A DNA stretch of 63,044 nt, counting the filler, from Hyphochytrium catenoides (taxonomy: Eukaryota > Protista > Hyphochytriomycota), in the NCBI GenBank assembly GCA_900088475.1. It is 10 parts of 10 records of this genome, joined end to end, with 100 filler letters (N's around TTAATTAATTAA, not from the genome) between each part and the next. Parts side by side here need not be neighbours in the genome. Positions count along the whole stretch, not along the records: positions 56,175 to 61,725 come from FLMG01000689.1; positions 61,826 to 63,044 come from FLMG01002618.1; 8 more parts are not named here. The stretch is one strand, 5' to 3'. Position numbers and translations under genes: made by a program. Below, piece by piece: positions 60,237 through 63,044 of the stretch (the stretch's first letter is position 1; each line of letters begins with the position of its first letter). The notes under the pieces are model-generated. The model was not told where the DNA came from and searched no databases. It worked only from the letters and a program-made list of their open reading frames with translations.

Positions 60237-61680
60237 GAACCACGCTGACGAAAGATGAAGGAAACGCTAGTCCAAGCTTGCTCCAGAAATCTTGTGTCTT
60301 GCCTCCAGCGGTTAGCTCGTTCACTTGCCACATTTATCTTGTGACAATGACTTTCCTGCGGATCACGTTACCCCTGTAGTAGAAGTTCATACCTTAAGGT
60401 AGTGGTGGACCACGGAACCTGCGTCTTAAGAACCAGCAGATCCCTTGCCACGAGGAGCAATCTCCTCGAAAAGAATGTCCAGAGCCATAAGAATGCATCT
60501 GTTTAGGAGGAAGAGAAGAAGAAAGTACAAGAAAAGTCAGGTATAACAATTTAGAGCTGAGGAATAAATAGTCTTCAGTTGTGGTGCTTTGGCTTGATGG
60601 AGGTGTCTCTGTCAGGACAACTACTGGCTCATGCTCTCGTTACGTCAGGGAAAGCAGGCCTTGATGGTTTTGTCGTCAAGAAGCTTTTTTCTCTGGTGTT
60701 GCTGCTCTGCTTTTGTTGTCGTTGCTTGCAATATCACTCGGAGCAATACTCCTTTGATCTGGCATAGAGCTCTAATTTATCGTGGTCGCAGGTTACGATG
60801 CGGGTCGTGGCTCATGAGCATCCATAAATGTGCGCATTCGCAAAGGCATGATCCTCTTGACAGACGGATGCGTGTCTAACACGTGAACTGCCAAGACTAT
60901 CGGCATCGGCACATTCGTCAGGCTTGGCAGCTCTTGTCTGATGCTTGTTGGTTCAACACTTTGTTTCGCCATATGTCTTTCCTCCACATCAACCGGATAG
61001 TATGTAGTCTGAACTTGACTTCAATCAGAAGTGGCTTGGCTTCTGCCGTGGTGTCATATCAACGGTAAGGGGAGGGGGTATAGTGACTGATGTCTTCGCG
61101 ATGTCTTCCTATTGGGTATGACCATGTTGGTCCTTTTGAGACTCAGTGAGAAGTCGCTGCTTCGTTCTTTTGCTTGGCATTGATGCTGCCATTGCTTGCC
61201 ACTGATGCTGCCATGATGGCATAGGTAACGTCTGTGTGTTGCGTCTCCGCAGACTTCTTACTTCTGTTAAAGGCATTCTACTCGTCGCCATGCATCATAT
61301 TCGTCGTCATCGCACTTGGCACTGTACGAGTTGTGGAGGCACCGTCCTGCAGTCTCTGTGTCCCAGTCTGGGAGCTCAGTTGGTACGGCGGGACTTCTTA
61401 CCAGGGTACTCCCTCTGTCCTGGTCTGCGCAGTCCTTTCAATAGAACATTTGGCGCTTTTCCATACATCTGAGGGTGAGCTTGTCAGTGTCACCAATCTA
61501 ACGTTTCTGCTTCGTCATAGCTCGACGGATGGGCTATCGGTTTCACCCAATAGCAGTCTCACAGCTGCCGCGCTTTACGTCGCTATAGAGGGGTAACGCC
61601 CAGTTGCGATAGCGATTATTGGTTTACTCGGTGGGATGAGCCATAACAGGCTAGCTCGCGGTAGATCATCAAGTCATCTC

Positions 61681-61725
61681 TGTTGGATTATATGGGATGA
61701 TTGGACAATGTCATTAGATGAGAGT
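61681..61725 (-). mobile_element. LTR-C terminal fragment at a contig end
   Basis: tgttggattatatgggatgattggacaatgtcattagatgagagt matches the LTR-C 3' end. Confidence 0.8.
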
Positions 61726-62877
61726 NNNNNNNNNNNNNNNNNNNNNNNNNNNNNNNNNNNNNNNNNNNNTTAATTAATTAANNNNNNNNNNNNNNNNNNN
61801 NNNNNNNNNNNNNNNNNNNNNNNNNTTCAAGAGGAGCCGGCCACTCAGGCAATTATGGGGTGGATGGGCCGCCCACATTCCATCCAAAGCGCAATGTCAT
61901 TCATTTATCAGACGGTGACGCGACCATTATTATTAGAAGAGGCAATGGTAATTCTTCAGTGACCTTTGAATGGGCATCGGCAGATGTTACAGGTGACTAT
62001 CACCTGCACCATGGGCTTGAGACTCCCCCTCAAAGGAGTGCCAGACAAGACAGAAGGCAGTTTGTCCCCTAGCCATGAACTAGGAGGCCTCCCCCAGTAA
62101 CCTTTAGGCTGCCCTTTTTGGAAGTTAGGGTTAGGATTGGGGTGGTCACATGCGTGGGCCAATGAGGTGAAAGCCTGTATTAGGCCTTGGTGCGGCATAG
62201 GATTAGGTTGGCAGTAGGACCTGAGTGTGGACTCATCACAAGGACCAGAGGGTCCTAGCTGGGCTGACCAGTAGAAAATATGGCTTAAAGCAGTGACGTA
62301 TTAAAGCCAATGCCCTTCAAGGGCTGCAAGCACTGTACGTAAGCGGAATAGGAACAGAACAAGAAACTAGTGTGGGGTACGTAAGCTACTTGCAGTACTA
62401 CAGGGGCGCCACGTTGTACAGACCAGGGAGACATAGACAGAGTCTACCAAGATAAGCCAGCTGGAGAGGCAGATGGCTGCGCTCATTATTATTACTTGCT
62501 TGCCACGAGACAGAGTGACTGAAGATCAACACAGAGGTCTAAGGGATTTAGCGTTGAGTCCAATAATTTCAAATAAAGCTGTTGAGCCATTTGTTGTGAT
62601 GTATGTTAAGCACGGTTTAGGAGGTGCCCCCAATTCGGCGGATCTTTAGGTTATTAAACTGGTAGCTTTTACACCTTTATGATCTTAGCGGCTTAGGATC
62701 AGGTATAGAAGAGGCGATGGGGTAGAGGACAGTGCCTGAGCGGTTCTAGAACCGGGAAGAGACAGAGTGGGAAAGAGATGTCAGAATAGGGAAGAAAGAG
62801 ACAAGTAAACCAGCGAAAAAGAACACTCAGATGCCAAGAAGATAACGGAGTAAGAGACAAGACAAGAGAGATGCACC

Positions 62878-62912
<35 letters not shown>

Positions 62913-63044
62913 AGAGAGAAAACGAAAGATGAGCATACAGCCAGGCTTTCATGTCACCACACCTCTCGACTTACATTTCCATCATTCTTGGTGCTTTTCT
63001 GACTGGCTTCTACCTATCGCTGTTTTCTCTCTCTCTCTCTCTCG

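Noticed and set aside
62120-62145. Telomeric repeat (TTAGGG)
   Set aside because: Only one perfect unit plus degenerate neighbours.

Overview
This is a eukaryotic draft-genome window, probably from a protist or alga (inference). It has GT-AG introns, very dense (GA)n/(TC)n microsatellites, and nine artificial N44-TTAATTAATTAA-N44 joins that split it into about ten pieces whose adjacency is not guaranteed. Host genes reconstructed by hand from splice sites and reading phase: PNUTS/PPP1R10-like, a kinesin-14 with an N-terminal NudE/NDEL1-like coiled coil, a TauE/SafE transporter, REX1-B, PP2C, an SDR, a Pol iota-like Y-family polymerase, a flavoprotein-methyltransferase fusion, a single-pass protein with two bacterial-type sugar-binding domains plus an LNR module, and two MOCS3/UBA4 exons. 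The rest is mostly nested Ty1/copia debris from at least four LTR families, here called LTR-A, -B, -C and -F. Top leads: (1) LTR-A, which has 5-bp TSDs, carries a tRNA-like cloverleaf with Pol III promoter signals and is repeatedly hit by LTR-B; (2) the NudE-kinesin-14 fusion; (3) the sugar-binding-domain/LNR/TM receptor-like protein; (4) the flavoprotein-methyltransferase fusion; (5) a gag-only copia family with a half-tRNAiMet PBS. All family assignments are motif recognition by eye; no database search was run, so novelty is unverified.
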